NCBI GenBank assembly: GCA_965226795.1
Contig: CBDDDZ010000004.1
Span: forward strand, 867,854 to 931,853
Reading direction: 5' to 3'
Length of the DNA stretch: 64,000 nt
From: Candidatus Latescibacterota bacterium
GTDB taxonomy: Bacteria; Latescibacterota; UBA2968; GCA-2709665
Each line of letters opens with the position of its first letter. Position 1 is the stretch's first letter. This document shows, in pieces, positions 1 through 11,726 of the stretch. A program made the translations under genes and the position numbers. Below the pieces are notes generated by a model. That model was not told the DNA's origin. It was given only the letters and a program-made list of their open reading frames with translations, and searched no databases.

Positions 1-1105
1 GTCCTTTGAGGCCCGTAAAATGAAATTGAAGTATAACCTGCTCTATTTTATCAAGAGTTTTCATATATCGATTAACAAATAATATTCCTTCACCTAAACG
101 CCAGATCAGTGAAGAGTCATAAAGTACCTTACCAGGTGGTTCCTGACTATCTTCACGATAACCACAAATAGTGTACAACTTGCCATCAAGAGAAGCCCGC
201 CAAAAATTACAGTGATGCGTCTCTTCAATTGATCGTTTATCATTAATTGGTATTCCAATATGCGCATTGATGAAATCATCATACGGGAATGGCGCCCAAT
301 CAGAATTTTGTAAGATGGGGAATACAGGCCACCCCGTATGGTTAATTTGTCCAGCTTCATAAAGATGTGATTGAAGTTCGCTAACATTTTTAAAAGGAGT
401 TGGGTTTAGTAAGGAAATAGACATTTCATAGTAGCCATGCGGAAATCGAATAGGAGAATTAGTGGGTTGGTCTGCTACGGCTTTCTTCCAATAAGCACGA
501 GCGTCACGGACAAATCTACGTAGTTTATCTATCTCATCTGGTTCTTTAGTTTCTGTTTCTTCAATATCTCCTGCTAAAGCTGTTCTAATTGCACTAAGTA
601 GCTCTTCCTTATTGGCGATCACGCACCGCCTTAACAACTTTCGCCATTCTTCTGATGTCTTTGGCTCTTCACTTTTAGGACCTGGTTTACGGATATAACA
701 ACGGTGTTGTCGGATGATACCTTCACAAAGTCGTTTACTCATTATAGGTGTGGTTAATTCGGCTGGTACAATAATAACGGGATGCATTACCTCTGTATCG
801 GGATGAGGTATATTATGGACATTACACTGCAATTCTGGTTCAGCAAATCTATTAATCGCTTGATTTACTAAATCTTGAGTCACTTGTGGCATTCTATCTG
901 GTTTTGGAACTGATTTGAGAAATTGATCAACTTCACCAAAACCCATAACTATGTAACTCCCACCATGGTTAGCGAGAGCAATAGCAGCCTTTGCGAGTTT
1001 TGCTTTATCCTCAGTAATTGATAAATCAAGCCAATCTTTATATTCAACAGAGAGATCTTCCCGTGGTTGTGTAACAAGCGATTTAAGTTCTTCAATAGGA
1101 GGCAT
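1..1105 (-). CDS. AlbA_2/Schlafen-like domain protein, 3' end runs off the window
   Basis: Not in the ORF track because there is no stop inside the window. Manual translation from ATG 1105 gives MPPIEELKSLVTQPREDLSVEYKDWLD...LAKAAIALANHGGSYIVMG, the AlbA_2 signature (E..EYK; AxAN.GG.I.G). The frame is open to position 1 and the segment is AT-richer. Confidence 0.85.
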   Translation of the reverse strand, partial: MPPIEELKSLVTQPREDLSVEYKDWLDLSITEDKAKLAKAAIALANHGGSYIVMGFGEVDQFLKSVPKPDRMPQVTQDLVNQAINRFAEPELQCNVHNIPHPDTEVMHPVIIVPAELTTPIMSKRLCEGIIRQHRCYIRKPGPKSEEPKTSEEWRKLLRRCVIANKEELLSAIRTALAGDIEETETKEPDEIDKLRRFVRDARAYWKKAVADQPTNSPIRFPHGYYEMSISLLNPTPFKNVSELQSHLYEAGQINHTGWPVFPILQNSDWAPFPYDDFINAHIGIPINDKRSIEETHHCNFWRASLDGKLYTICGYREDSQEPPGKVLYDSSLIWRLGEGILFVNRYMKTLDKIEQVILQFHFTGLKG

Positions 1106-1210
1106 AAGACCAATCCTTAATTTTGAATTTGTCTACATCTGTGGGACGCCAATTCTTATCTCCTAAAAAGGAGGTGCCTTTTTGATGACCGGAGATCTCG
1201 GGAGATGTGG

Positions 1211-2042
1211 CTATTGAAGAGAATTAGATCTGTTATCGTGTTGCTGTACCGCCATCCCTCGACACTCATCAACTTCACGGCATCCAGATATTCCACTTGC
1301 CGTATTTTTCCCAGATGCGGCAGGTGTCGCAGGCGCACATCCACCGGAGGGCGAAACGCGGTTTATTGCTTGTGTTGAGAGATCCGGCGTGCACCAAAAG
1401 ATAATGAAAAAACAGTACGTCTCCCGGGAAGGCGTCAGCTCAACAGGCTCTCCCAGATCGAACTTCTGCTGCGGGTTCTTTAAATCCGGCAGCATTCGAT
1501 ACCTGTCAGGGTCCTGCGCCGCCGTCTCGCGTAGCCTCCGGTGCGATCCGGGCCAGACAGCGGTACCGCCACCCTGAGCAACACCGGTATCGAGATACGT
1601 CAGCGACGAGACGCGAAATGATCCGGGAAAGACCGCGAAAGGTCGATGGACGCCGTCGGCATGCCCACCGAGATGATTCCAGATTCCCGATACCGGAAAT
1701 ACACTCTGCGTCCACACTGCCTCGGGCTGTGGTTTCCGACAATGAAACGCCTCTGGATTTCTCCGGGCAAGTTGGCTTTGCACATCGTAAAACGCTGGTG
1801 TGCAACAGGCCAGCAACGCGGACTGAAGCCCGAAATGTTCAATCACACCCTGGCTTACGGCTGTCATCATCCCTTCCGGTTCGTCCGGCAACGGAGACCA
1901 AGACGCCGGATCGTTCCGATCCATACCAAGGACAGACTTCATCGCGGTTTCGGCACTGGCAATTGTCTCTTCCGGAATTAATCCCGGAGACCAGCACGTA
2001 CCCGTCCCGGTCGTATTGTGCCAATTTCTCTTGTGAAAGCAT
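1211..2042 (-). pseudogene. Phytanoyl-CoA dioxygenase (PhyH) family protein, frameshifted
   Basis: MLSQEKLAQYDRDGYVLVSG start with RBS AGGAGA. HADG, GGGTAVWPGSH and a late His region are spread over several frames. Confidence 0.8.
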
Positions 2043-2073
2043 AAATATCTCCTGGATCGATTGAATTTTCTCT

Positions 2074-2141
2074 AAAATTGGACACCGATATCCGTAATAT
2101 GCAATTCGCTGAAAGTGTACGCAAGGAGCCAGAAGGGCCCC
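2074..2141 (-). promoter_or_regulatory. Repeated promoter/operator module, copy A (TTGCGT-N17-CATATT followed by GATATCGG)
   Basis: Sigma70-like -35/-10 on the minus strand ~50 nt upstream of the PhyH ATG. Homologous to 8541-8636 and 11218-11314. Confidence 0.65.
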
Positions 2142-2368
2142 TAAAGGATGAACTTTCATCGTGCGGTAACGCTCGGTAGTTTCATCGGAGAGCACACAGG
2201 TGACTGCTGTTCCCGTCAGTCCCTGGCGAATTGAGGAATTGGCCGAGAGACGCACATTGCGACGCGGTAAAGTCATTGGACGGTGCCGTTCCTTGTGCGG
2301 AGCATTCAGGCCATCCGTCCTGAGGCTCCGGTGATGATGAAATACAATGATGGTGTGTCCCCAGCGCA

Positions 2369-5300
2369 ATGGCCGCTGAAATATGGAAACCAATGATCGA
2401 AAGAACATTCCAGAATATCTCTGAGGGCAAACTCAGCGAGGCAGATCAGCAGTCGTTCTTGGTCAGTTTAGATTGGTCGAGAGGGACGACATGGAAAAAC
2501 CTTCTGCGCTCGAAGCGTGTGCTGATGATCTCAGAGGCGGGCGCGGGCAAGACGTATGAATGCCGAAAACAAGCGCGGCGTCTTTGGGATGCCGGAGAAC
2601 CTGCATTCTTCATTGAGATGGCATCACTGGCGACGGGTGATCTACGCAGCCAGTTAGATGATAAAGAGGAAACGCGCCTGGACGATTGGCAATCCTCGCA
2701 ATCCGACATCGCGACATTTTTCTTGGACTCTATCGATGAGCTCAAACTGACCCTCGGTTCATTTGAGCAGGCCCTAAAGCGCTTGAATAAAGGCATCGGT
2801 AGCCGGCTCGGCCGAGCCCGGATCGTCATTACGACGCGGCCGACCCCATTTGACGAACAGCTCTTGCGTAGCGTTCTGCCCGTACCTCCCGTGCCTTCGG
2901 CGGTGCCGAGTGAAGAATCGTTCGCGACGATCGCAATGCGTGATCATCAAACCCAACAAGCCGGGAACAATGACGATCACGCCCCTCCCAATTGGCGAAC
3001 TGTTGCGCTGATGCCGCTATCCGAAGAGCAGATTATCGAATTCTGTAGCGATCAACTTGTGGAGAACCCTGCCGCGCTCCTGGAGGACTTGAAGAGACGG
3101 AACGCAGAGGAATTCGCGCGCCGCCCGCAGGACCCTAATCGAATTATGCGCGGATTGGCGAGAACACAACCACATCCGCACTCATCGCACTCAAGTGGCG
3201 GCAAATGTGCACATAAAGCTGCTGCCCCGAGACGACAGGCACGAGCCCGCCCAACTGTCTGTTGAAAAAGCCGTTGAGGGGGCGAGCCGATTGGCCCTCG
3301 CCATGATGTTCATGCGCCGAATGACAATCCGGCACAGCGCAGCGTCAGATATCATCGATGATGAAGCCGCCCTTGATCCGGAAATCCTACTGTCGGATTG
3401 GAACCCGAATGAGCGGAAAGCTCTACTTGAACGGCCGCTCTTCGGATTTGCCTCGTACGGGCGCGTGCGTTTTCACCATCGTTCCGTCGTTGAATACTTA
3501 GCTACAGAACGCCTTAGGGCGCTCCGTGCCATGGGCATGTCGTTCCGGGCTCTTAGGCGTTTGATCTTCGCGCAGACAAAAGGCAAGACGATTGTCCGAC
3601 CATCAAAACGACCGATCGCAGGTTGGTTGGCTCTCACAGAAAATAGAATATTCAAGATGCTTCGGGACAACGAACCTGCTGTGCTTCTTGATGAAGGTGA
3701 CCCAGAGGCTCTATCCCAAGACCGCAACGCAGCCAAGCACTAAGTGCCTATGTGGAACGCTATGGTCAAGGCGGACGGCGTGAACTGATCGTTCCATACA
3801 TCCAGGTTCATCGTTTCGCGTCTCGGCCGAACTGGCGGACGACATCATTCAGAACTTTGGGGAATAGGATATCGAAAACCCTGATGTGCGTCTGATTCTT
3901 CTCCATCTCATTGAGGCGGGCCGCATCGGTGATTGCGCTGACATTGCGCACGGTGTAGCCGCTCGACGCTCTGGCGTGCCAGTTGTAGAGCGGCTGATTG
4001 CTGTCGATGCGATGGTTGCGATGCGGGATTCAAGACTCAAGGACATCGCGTGCGAGTTGGCGGCTGCTGATAGTCAATGGTCACACGAACTCGCACTGGG
4101 AGTCTTGTCGCAGCTGTTTCCGAGAGATCTTTCGATCGACCAGTTTCTACAGACCCTGAGTTGGTTGAAAAATGGAAAGCGGAATATCCGCCAACTGAGT
4201 TGTCAACTACCCCGTCTAATCGCCAACACTGAGCTTGACCCGCAAGACCTTAAGGCGCTTCGCGACGGGCTGGTCAAATTACTCTCTACAGGCCTCCGCT
4301 GGCGACCGGAATGGCCACACATCGTATGTGATCGGTCGTATCTAAGCGGCGCATTGGCCGTGGTCTGCGTGCGCGGACTCGGCCGGAGGAAAACCGATGG
4401 CTGGCTGCATGCGAGCGTTCTAGCGCTTCGTCTGAAAGATGATCGCGAATACAGCAATGACGGAGGGTTCGTTGAGCTTCGCGACCGACTGAAGAACTTA
4501 GCAGCTGAAGAGAACGCGCGCCTTTTTTTTGCGGAAGACGCCTTGGTTCAATCACTCCGCGCCGTCGCCGATCCCTGGCAGCGCTTCGCGGAAATCACGT
4601 TACACGACGGACCCGTCGAGCTTCGCTCAGATCGGGATCTGGACTGGATCAAGGAAGCTCTCGCCGACGCGGCCCGTTCCGAAAACGACCGAGCTATGCT
4701 ATTGGAGGCGGCGATCCGCCTACCGCCAAACCGAAAACAGTGGCGGGATCATGTGTCGGGCCTGAAGGCGCTGGTTGCCGATCGGCCAAGTCTCCTTGCA
4801 GTAATCGATGAGCGCCTGAAGCCATCGAAGCACAACAAGGAGCGAGAGTACTGGGAGAAAAAGAAGGCGGAGTGGAAAAAGAAACGAGAGCGGCGAGCTG
4901 CCAAGAACCGTGCTAGTTGGATTCAGTTTTGGCGGAAAGTTGCGGAGCACCCAGACGACGCTTTCTCTTCCGAACATAGCCAGAACACAGCGTGGAAACT
5001 TTGGCAGGTAGTGAGCCACGACGGCGAAGATAGCCGTACATCTGGGTGGAATCGGCGCTTTATTGAAGAGCACTTTGGAAAAGACACAGCGGACCGGTTG
5101 CGACGCACACTGATGGATATCTGGCGCAAAGACCATCCCACCCTCCCAAGCGAAAGACCGGAAGACCAGCGCGGAACCTATCTCGTCTGGTGGCAATTAG
5201 GGCTCGCCGCACTCTATGCGGAGGCCGAAGATCCTTCATGGGCCGAGAAACTGACCGACGAAGAAGCCAAGCTTGCCGCACGTTACGCACCCATCGAACT

Positions 5301-6846
5301 CAATGGGTTGCCCAATTGGATGGAAAGTCTCGTCGATGTCCATCCAAGCGCGGTGGACGCAATACTTGGTAAAGAGTTGAGCTGGGAACTGAAGAGGGAT
5401 CCTTCCGAAAATGGACATTCAATACTATTGCAAGACATTAGTCTCGCGCCTGAACCGGTCGCAAGATTGTTTTTTTCTCGACTTCGCAAATGGTTGGACA
5501 GGGGCGGAGATGTTGTCGATGATGCGAGCGACCTCGCTGGTTCCACGGAACGACTTCGGCAGGTAATCGGCATTATGCTAAAACATGGCGACAAAGAAAC
5601 GCGTGCGTACGTGCTCGCCATGGCGCATCGGCGTCTCCAGAAAGACCATCCAGAAGAGTCTGTTTTTATTTGGCTGCCGACGCTTATGCGACTGGATCCC
5701 GCTCTCGGTGTATCCACGTTTGAGGATCGTATCCGTACGATCAAGCCGGGAGCTAATAGCGATGCGGTCAAATGGTTCAGCGTTCTATTCGGTGATCGTC
5801 ATGATGCGATTAATCTGAAGACACCCGCATTCACGCCGCAACTGCTCCTTCGACTGCTCCGCCTCTCGTATGAGCATGTCAGGCCGACTGACGATGTCGA
5901 GCACGAGGGACCCTATTCGCCCGACACCCGCGACCACGCCGAACGCGCACGAAACGAGATTGTGAGCGCGTTGTTGGAGGCGAAAGGCGAAAAGGGCTGG
6001 AAAGCGAAACTGGAAATGGCTAGTGATCCGCACTGCGCACATTTCAGCGACCGCATTATCGCGGTCGCTGAGGAGCATCGGGCACTTGAGATAGATTCTG
6101 TCCCGTTCGACGAGGAGCAAGCCATTGCGCTCGACAGGACACACGAAGCACCTCCTGCAACAAACGAAGCAATGTTTGCCCTAATGAACGATCGGCTGGA
6201 TGAAATTGATGACCTTTTGCAACACGACGCATCGCCACGGGAAGTTTGGGCAGCGATCACTGACGAAAGGGTTCTGCGGCGCGAAATTGCACACGAGCTT
6301 GGAAATATTGCGAATGGTCTATACAAAGTGGACCAGGAAGCTGTTACGGCGGACGAAAACAGAACGGATATTCGTCTGCGTTCGGTAGTGTCAGAGCACG
6401 AAGCGGTGATCGAACTCAAACTCGCCGATAAACGGACGGCCCGCGACTTGCGAGACACGATCTATGGTCAACTGGTCACGAAATATATGGCGGCCGAGAA
6501 CAGAAAGTCAGGGTGCCTGTTAGTAACTCTGGCACGAGATCTGAATCGGAAGTGGAAACACCCGGATAGCGGAACCGATATCGACCTACCTGAGTTGGAG
6601 ACGCTCCTCCGTGACGAAGCTACACGAGTGGAGATGACGATTGGGCGGCGCACTAGCACTGAGCGTTCGCGTTCTAGACCTGCGTCCCTGATTGGCTTCC
6701 CAGAAACTGCGAAAGAACATTTGGATGCTTCAGGCCGGTTGGGCAAGAAAACTCTGTTTTCAATCGGGTACGGCGAAACCGTCAGCCATCCCCGCACCTG
6801 TTTCCCGATCTCCAACTCAGCAAGTTCAAAACTCTTAACGACGTGA
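2369..6846 (+). CDS. Large NACHT/STAND-type NTPase with C-terminal PD-(D/E)xK-like domain, split by frameshifts into ORFs 2369-3265, 3195-3743 and 3886-6846
   Basis: Walker A SEAGAGKT, Walker B FFLDSIDE, sensor IVITTRP, winged-helix motif RFHHRSVVEYLA, a long helical region, and C-terminal E..T.DE.RTDI...VIELK. Confidence 0.8.
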
Positions 6847-7082
6847 AGACGGCATCCGCGGCAAACTCGCGATCGAGGATCGCAGACTGTTCTGTTCGGC
6901 TAAATCAAACTGGACTCGATCCGCATGTACGCATATCTGACAATGCCGAGTTTATCAATGATAAAGCGTGTAGCCGCTGGCGGGAATATGGGGCTGTTGT
7001 TTAGACCGATGTATCCGAAAAACAAGCCGCCGACAGGATTTTGGATTGATTTCCTGGCAGACCCTTGTGTATTTGAAAGTTG

Positions 7083-7307
7083 CTACCGAGATTGCCGATT
7101 ATGGACGTCGGGGGGCGGACGATATAGTAAGCGATGTTGTGCATTGCCATCGCCCTCAGATTCCCAGTAAACGATGTCGGTATAGCCTCCGTCACGATTC
7201 CGGTGAATTTCCCACTTTTTGAAACCTGACTGTTTGCTCATCCAATTCTTCAGAACATCACCAGCAAGCGGATTCAGTAGATGTTCCTCCGAGATATTCT
7301 CTGCCAA
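7083..7307 (-). pseudogene. Fragment of a dimeric alpha-beta barrel (ABM-like) protein
   Basis: WMSKQSGFKKWEI...YTDIVYWES resembles ABM-like proteins. No clean start or end. Confidence 0.35.
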
Positions 7308-7329
7308 CTCGTAACTGATGATGTCTTTG

Positions 7330-7669
7330 CTACATCTTCGTTACCCCTTAAATTGACGAGTTGCATACAAGTCGTGGGTGCGGGACAGACAAACGAGGCT
7401 TTCCGTCGCGACGACGGTCATTGGCGCAAGCGTCCAGATGTTCCGAGGATTTGTACAGTCGCCAACTGACGACGGCTTCGCCGTCACCAGGTCCCCCGAA
7501 AAAACGTCAGAACGACGTTCAATCTTTTTCCCGATGTGATGCCAGGCGACACGTTTTGTTGAACTGATGCGAGGGGAGGGTAAATATCCAAGGGGCGAGC
7601 ATCACCGACGTTGAGGACCTTGCTTTTCGAACGCGATGCATAATCTGTGTTCTTTCTCGGGTAGCTCAA
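7330..7669 (-). pseudogene. Degenerate copy of the peroxiredoxin-like (AhpC/TSA) selenoprotein
   Basis: Similar at the nucleotide level to 14800-15099. LTFFRGTW-TGA(7486-7484)-RRSRRQLA and the SECIS-like hairpin are retained, with many indels elsewhere. Confidence 0.7.
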
Positions 7670-7721
7670 TCTGCGTTCCGCGTAACAACAATACCGTTAG
7701 CTTGACTCAGGATCATCCGCT

Positions 7722-8480
7722 ATGGACAACGAATTGTTGCAACGGGGGTTCGTCCCCCAGCCGCTGACGCCCGCGCAATACAGCGCGCTGGACACCAACG
7801 GCTTCGTCATTCTGGAAGACGTCATCGCGCCCGACTGGCTGGCCGGGTTGCGCCATGCCTTTGACGCGATCTTTGCCCGCGAGGACGACAAAGCCGGTGC
7901 TGAGGTCGCCCAGATGGAGGGCGTGCGCCGCCTCGCCGATCTGGTCAACAAGGGGACGGTCTTCGACGCTGTGTACCTGCAGCCGGCGCTGCTGACGGCG
8001 GTCTTTCACGTCTTGCAGCGGCCGTTTAAGCTGCACTCGCTCAACGGGCACGATCCACTACCCGGCAGCGGGTTACAGGGCCTGCACGCGGATTGGGGGC
8101 AGCCCACCGTGCCCGGCGGTCCGTACCACGTCGTCAACTCGATGTGGATGCTCGACGATTTCACCCGGGTCAACGGCGCGACCCGCTGCGTCCCCGGCAG
8201 CCACCGCAAACCCGGCAGAATCGCCGACCACGTAGCCGATCCCCTGGCCGATCATCCGGATCAAGTACAACTAACTGGACGCGCCGGCTCGGTCGCCGTA
8301 TTCAACGGCAGCCTCTTGCACAGCTCATATCGCAACCTCAGCGACGCCCCCCGCCGCACCCTGCACTGCGCCTTTATCGCCCGCGAGCACCCGCAGCAGA
8401 CGAACCAGCGCGGGTACCTGCAGCCCGAAACGGCCCAACGCCTCTCGCCCCTGGCGCGCTACATCCTCGACGTGGCGTGA
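7722..8480 (+). CDS. Phytanoyl-CoA dioxygenase (PhyH) family protein
   Basis: LHAD, NGATRCVPGSH and LLHS..N.S..PRR motifs. Confidence 0.92.
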   Translation: MDNELLQRGFVPQPLTPAQYSALDTNGFVILEDVIAPDWLAGLRHAFDAIFAREDDKAGAEVAQMEGVRRLADLVNKGTVFDAVYLQPALLTAVFHVLQRPFKLHSLNGHDPLPGSGLQGLHADWGQPTVPGGPYHVVNSMWMLDDFTRVNGATRCVPGSHRKPGRIADHVADPLADHPDQVQLTGRAGSVAVFNGSLLHSSYRNLSDAPRRTLHCAFIAREHPQQTNQRGYLQPETAQRLSPLARYILDVA

Positions 8481-8540
8481 ACCTGGAGGGTTTTCTCATA
8501 CTGCTTTTCTTTGAGATGATCCACCGCGTACCAATATAGG

Positions 8541-8636
8541 AAAAATAAGGCACCGATATCAATACTATGCGATTCGCAGAAAACGTACGCAAGGGTCCGG
8601 CAGCGCCCCTGTTGAATCGCCTGTCGCCGCACAGAC
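8541..8636 (-). promoter_or_regulatory. Repeated promoter/operator module, copy B
   Basis: Homologous to copies A and C (TTGCGT-N17-CATAGT). A partial fourth copy containing CCGATATCGG lies at ~8815-8876. Confidence 0.55.
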
Positions 8637-9013
8637 TCGCTTCGCCATCATGTTCGACGATCGCGTCCCTTTTCATTGATCCACGAACGCCACTTACACG
8701 ATATTCTTGACACCCCCGGCCAGAGACCGTTCTTGAAACTGCCTCAGCTTGGCCGCCGACGCCTTAATGAACCGCTTGGAAACGACATCCACCGCCCGCA
8801 CCCGCCGACTGAACGGAATAACGCCCCGATATCGGCACAAAGCAGTTCCCAGCAGGGGGGTCCCCTGATGAATCGCTTTTTGAGGACGATAAGCCAAACG
8901 CCTCCGGTACCGCCTCGGCCAATGCTTGCGCGAACCCGCGCCCGATACCTCAACGCCATCCGGTGACCAGCGCCGTTTGGCCGTCGAGCTTAAAAAAATC
9001 CAAAATCCCCATG

Positions 9014-9388
9014 CTATTCCCCTTGGTTCTGTCCTTGAAGAACGGTCAGTGCATCCCACGTCGCCGGAAATCCGCCGAAAGCGCTCATCTGCAACATGAC
9101 CTCCTCAATCTCCTGCCTTGTGGATCCGCAACCAAGGGCTCGGTCGATGTGAACAGCAAGTTGTTCCGGCCTGCCGAGAACCGTCAAGGCCGCGATCGTG
9201 CACAGCAGACGGGTCTTGATGTCCAGCCCGTCCCGTCCGTACAGGTCATGCATCACGTGCTCCATCACGAGTCGCTCGAACTCGGGATGAAGTGTGCGCA
9301 TCTTCTTGGCAGAGGCTTCTGCAGCGGCCTCTCCGAGCATCGTCGAGAGAACTCTGCGCCCTGCTTCGTAGCGTTCACTTTCAGTCAT
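9014..9388 (-). CDS. Carboxymuconolactone decarboxylase family protein
   Basis: R.GLD.KTR.L.TIAAL, QLAVHI..AL..G.T..EI.E, GFPA. Confidence 0.9.
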   Translation of the reverse strand: MTESERYEAGRRVLSTMLGEAAAEASAKKMRTLHPEFERLVMEHVMHDLYGRDGLDIKTRLLCTIAALTVLGRPEQLAVHIDRALGCGSTRQEIEEVMLQMSAFGGFPATWDALTVLQGQNQGE

Positions 9389-9646
9389 ACATCCTCCGCC
9401 CTTGGGTGTCGATTAAAATTTTGACCGTGCTGTCGCCGCAGTAGCAGGCCGCCTTCATCGCAGGTGCCAGTCTGCGTCTTCAAGCGCCTCGTAGACCACG
9501 CCGCCCCCCACCTGCTCGGGCATGGGGATGCCGAGCAAGTAGCACAACGCCGGCGCGACATCCACCGCCCGCACCTGCCGACCGAGCGCCAGCAGCCCCT
9601 CAGCTCGATTCAGCCACGGGTTCCACTTGGATGTACCCCGGATCGT

Positions 9647-11063
9647 TCATACAAACAGCTCTTGTACCAGCGTCCGAGCCCGCTCGACCACGGTTTCAAG
9701 GCAGCCGGGGGCGAGCTTTGCCCAGTAGGTAACGTCTTCGTTGGCCTCGTGTCCGCCACGGGTGTAGGCCGCCCTCGTCGGCAGGTAGCCGACATAGTGC
9801 GTCGTGAGGTGCGCTGGAAAGAGAAACGGTGCCGCTGAGTTCGTTTTGAGTGCGAGTTGTCCTTCGACAAAAGGCTCTCCAGGCAGGCCGATAACGCCGA
9901 GGTCGCCGATGCGGAAACCCTGGATTTCATAGGGGAACTCGGCGTCCCGCTGCCGGCATAGTTCGACGCTGCGGGTCGATGCGGCCCGAAACCAGTGCCG
10001 ATCCACTTCGCTGTTTGCCTGGCGCGGCGGATGTGGATTCTCAGTGAGAATCGCATTGACCTCGCGCAAGCGCTCGGCCGGAATCTCGCGGAAGGGCAGG
10101 CCGACCTTGTCGACTCTACAAGCCAACGCAGCGTTGTTGGCAAACGCCATATTGTGAACAATTCGTTCGCTCATCTGCGCCAATTCGCGCCCCATTCGCT
10201 GGTGATCCGGTCGGCAATCCGGGTCGAAAGGATGCCAGGGGTTGATGTTGCCGCAACAGCCGTTGACGACCAACGGCACTGCGTCGGAGCCGAATAGCTG
10301 TTGCATCTCCCGCGTCCAGGCACCAGGCCAATCCGCCGACACCGCCCGGTAGGACTTGGGATTTCCGAACACATTGACCGGATGACAGGTGTAGTGCAGG
10401 AGAAAGGCCAGCGGCCGCATATCCATGTCCTGGACGCAGCACACGCCAACTTCCGGGTCCATCGGCCCTTCGAGATAGCAGATGTCCGCGATCCCGAACG
10501 GCTGTTGTTCCCGACCCAGCGGCTTGGGCATGGCGATGGTGCCGTCCCGGCGTATGCCGCGGCGATTGAAAGCCAGGTCCCCCAACACGCCACGCCCCAA
10601 ACCGATGCGCACGGGTTGCAGCTTGCCCACCGCTTCGACCGCGGCCTCCACTGCGGCGGCAGCAACCCGGTCCCCGTAGGCGCGCTCGCCTCCGCGCAGA
10701 TACTCCGTCTCCTCTTTGGTCTCCAGAGGGAAAATCCGCATCCAGCATAAAGTAGCCGAGGCTCGGGGCGGAGTGCGTCTGGGTCGCCTGGACCATGATC
10801 GCCTCCGGTGCGATGCCCGTATGCTCGCCTATAACGGTGCGGATCTGGTCCGTGTAGTCCCAGGTGACAATGGTGAGATCCAGGATCACCATGCAGACGC
10901 GCCGCTGGCCGACTTCAAAGACGATGGCCTTGGCAAAAAGCGGATCCATCACGGTTTGGGCCGGGCGGTGCTCGCCAGCCCCGCTTCCCGCCAGATGCGT
11001 CCCCGGCGGTGGCGTGATGTCAATCATCGCTGCTCCGGCTCTCAGTAGGTTGGTCTCGTGCAT
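9647..11063 (-). CDS. Neutral/alkaline ceramidase-like hydrolase, one frameshift near 10740
   Basis: The N-terminal half (LRAGAAMIDITP, DPLFAKA, ATQTHSAP) is in ORF 10116-11084. The C-terminal half (NRR, GPMDPEV, YTCHP, G.CGNINP, PGEPFVE, GYLPT) is in ORF 9647-10741. Confidence 0.82.
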
Positions 11064-11217
11064 GGTTTTTCCTTTCGGCGCCAAGGGCGTTGAAGCGCAA
11101 AAGAGGCTCGGCGTCGGTCAGCGCCCCTGATGCATATGGCAGGATAAACGGAATTTTGGCTGATTTGGAAAGGATCCAGGTCGTCACGCGAACGTGTGCG
11201 TTGTTCGGCCTGAGGAG

Positions 11218-11314
11218 AAATAAGGTACCGATATCGGTAATATGCAATTCGCCGAAAACGTACGCAAGGATCCAGCAGGGTCCCTCATGAATCGCTTGTC
11301 GTCCCACAGAATCG
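11218..11314 (-). promoter_or_regulatory. Repeated promoter/operator module, copy C, with perfect palindrome TACCGATATCGGTA
   Basis: TTGCGT-N17-CATATT directly followed by the 14-bp palindrome, upstream of the ceramidase-like gene. Confidence 0.65.
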
Positions 11315-11726
11315 TCCGGGAATGCTCAGAGTACCGCGGTAAAGGATTTTGTCGCGTTTCAGGGATCGGCCTGGCACTTGAGGGCGCACTCCTCCGTACG
11401 GCTCACGCAGGGAGCGAATCGCGTAGGAGGTCAGGCGGCGAACTCGAACTGCGGCGGAGGGGGTAGGAGACGATGCAATATTGGCAAAACGGAGGGACCA
11501 ACTCGTTCTTCCTGAACCATACTTCCAACGGGGCTATGGGTTGCTATACACCCAGCACATTGAGCAGGCGCACATGGGCTTTGATTTTGATTTCCTTTAG
11601 TTATACCTTTACTGTCGAATTATTGAAGGAGAAATGCAGATGCGAACAGGCGGATATCGAGCGTACGTTGGCGGCCGTCTTGGAGGAGTGGGTGGAGGCA
11701 GAGGAAGCCATGGATAATGGAGACCC

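Noticed and set aside
3130..3890. Programmed frameshifting in the NACHT gene
   Set aside because: There are several shifts with no slippery heptamers, and neighbouring genes show the same indel noise. Error or decay is more likely.
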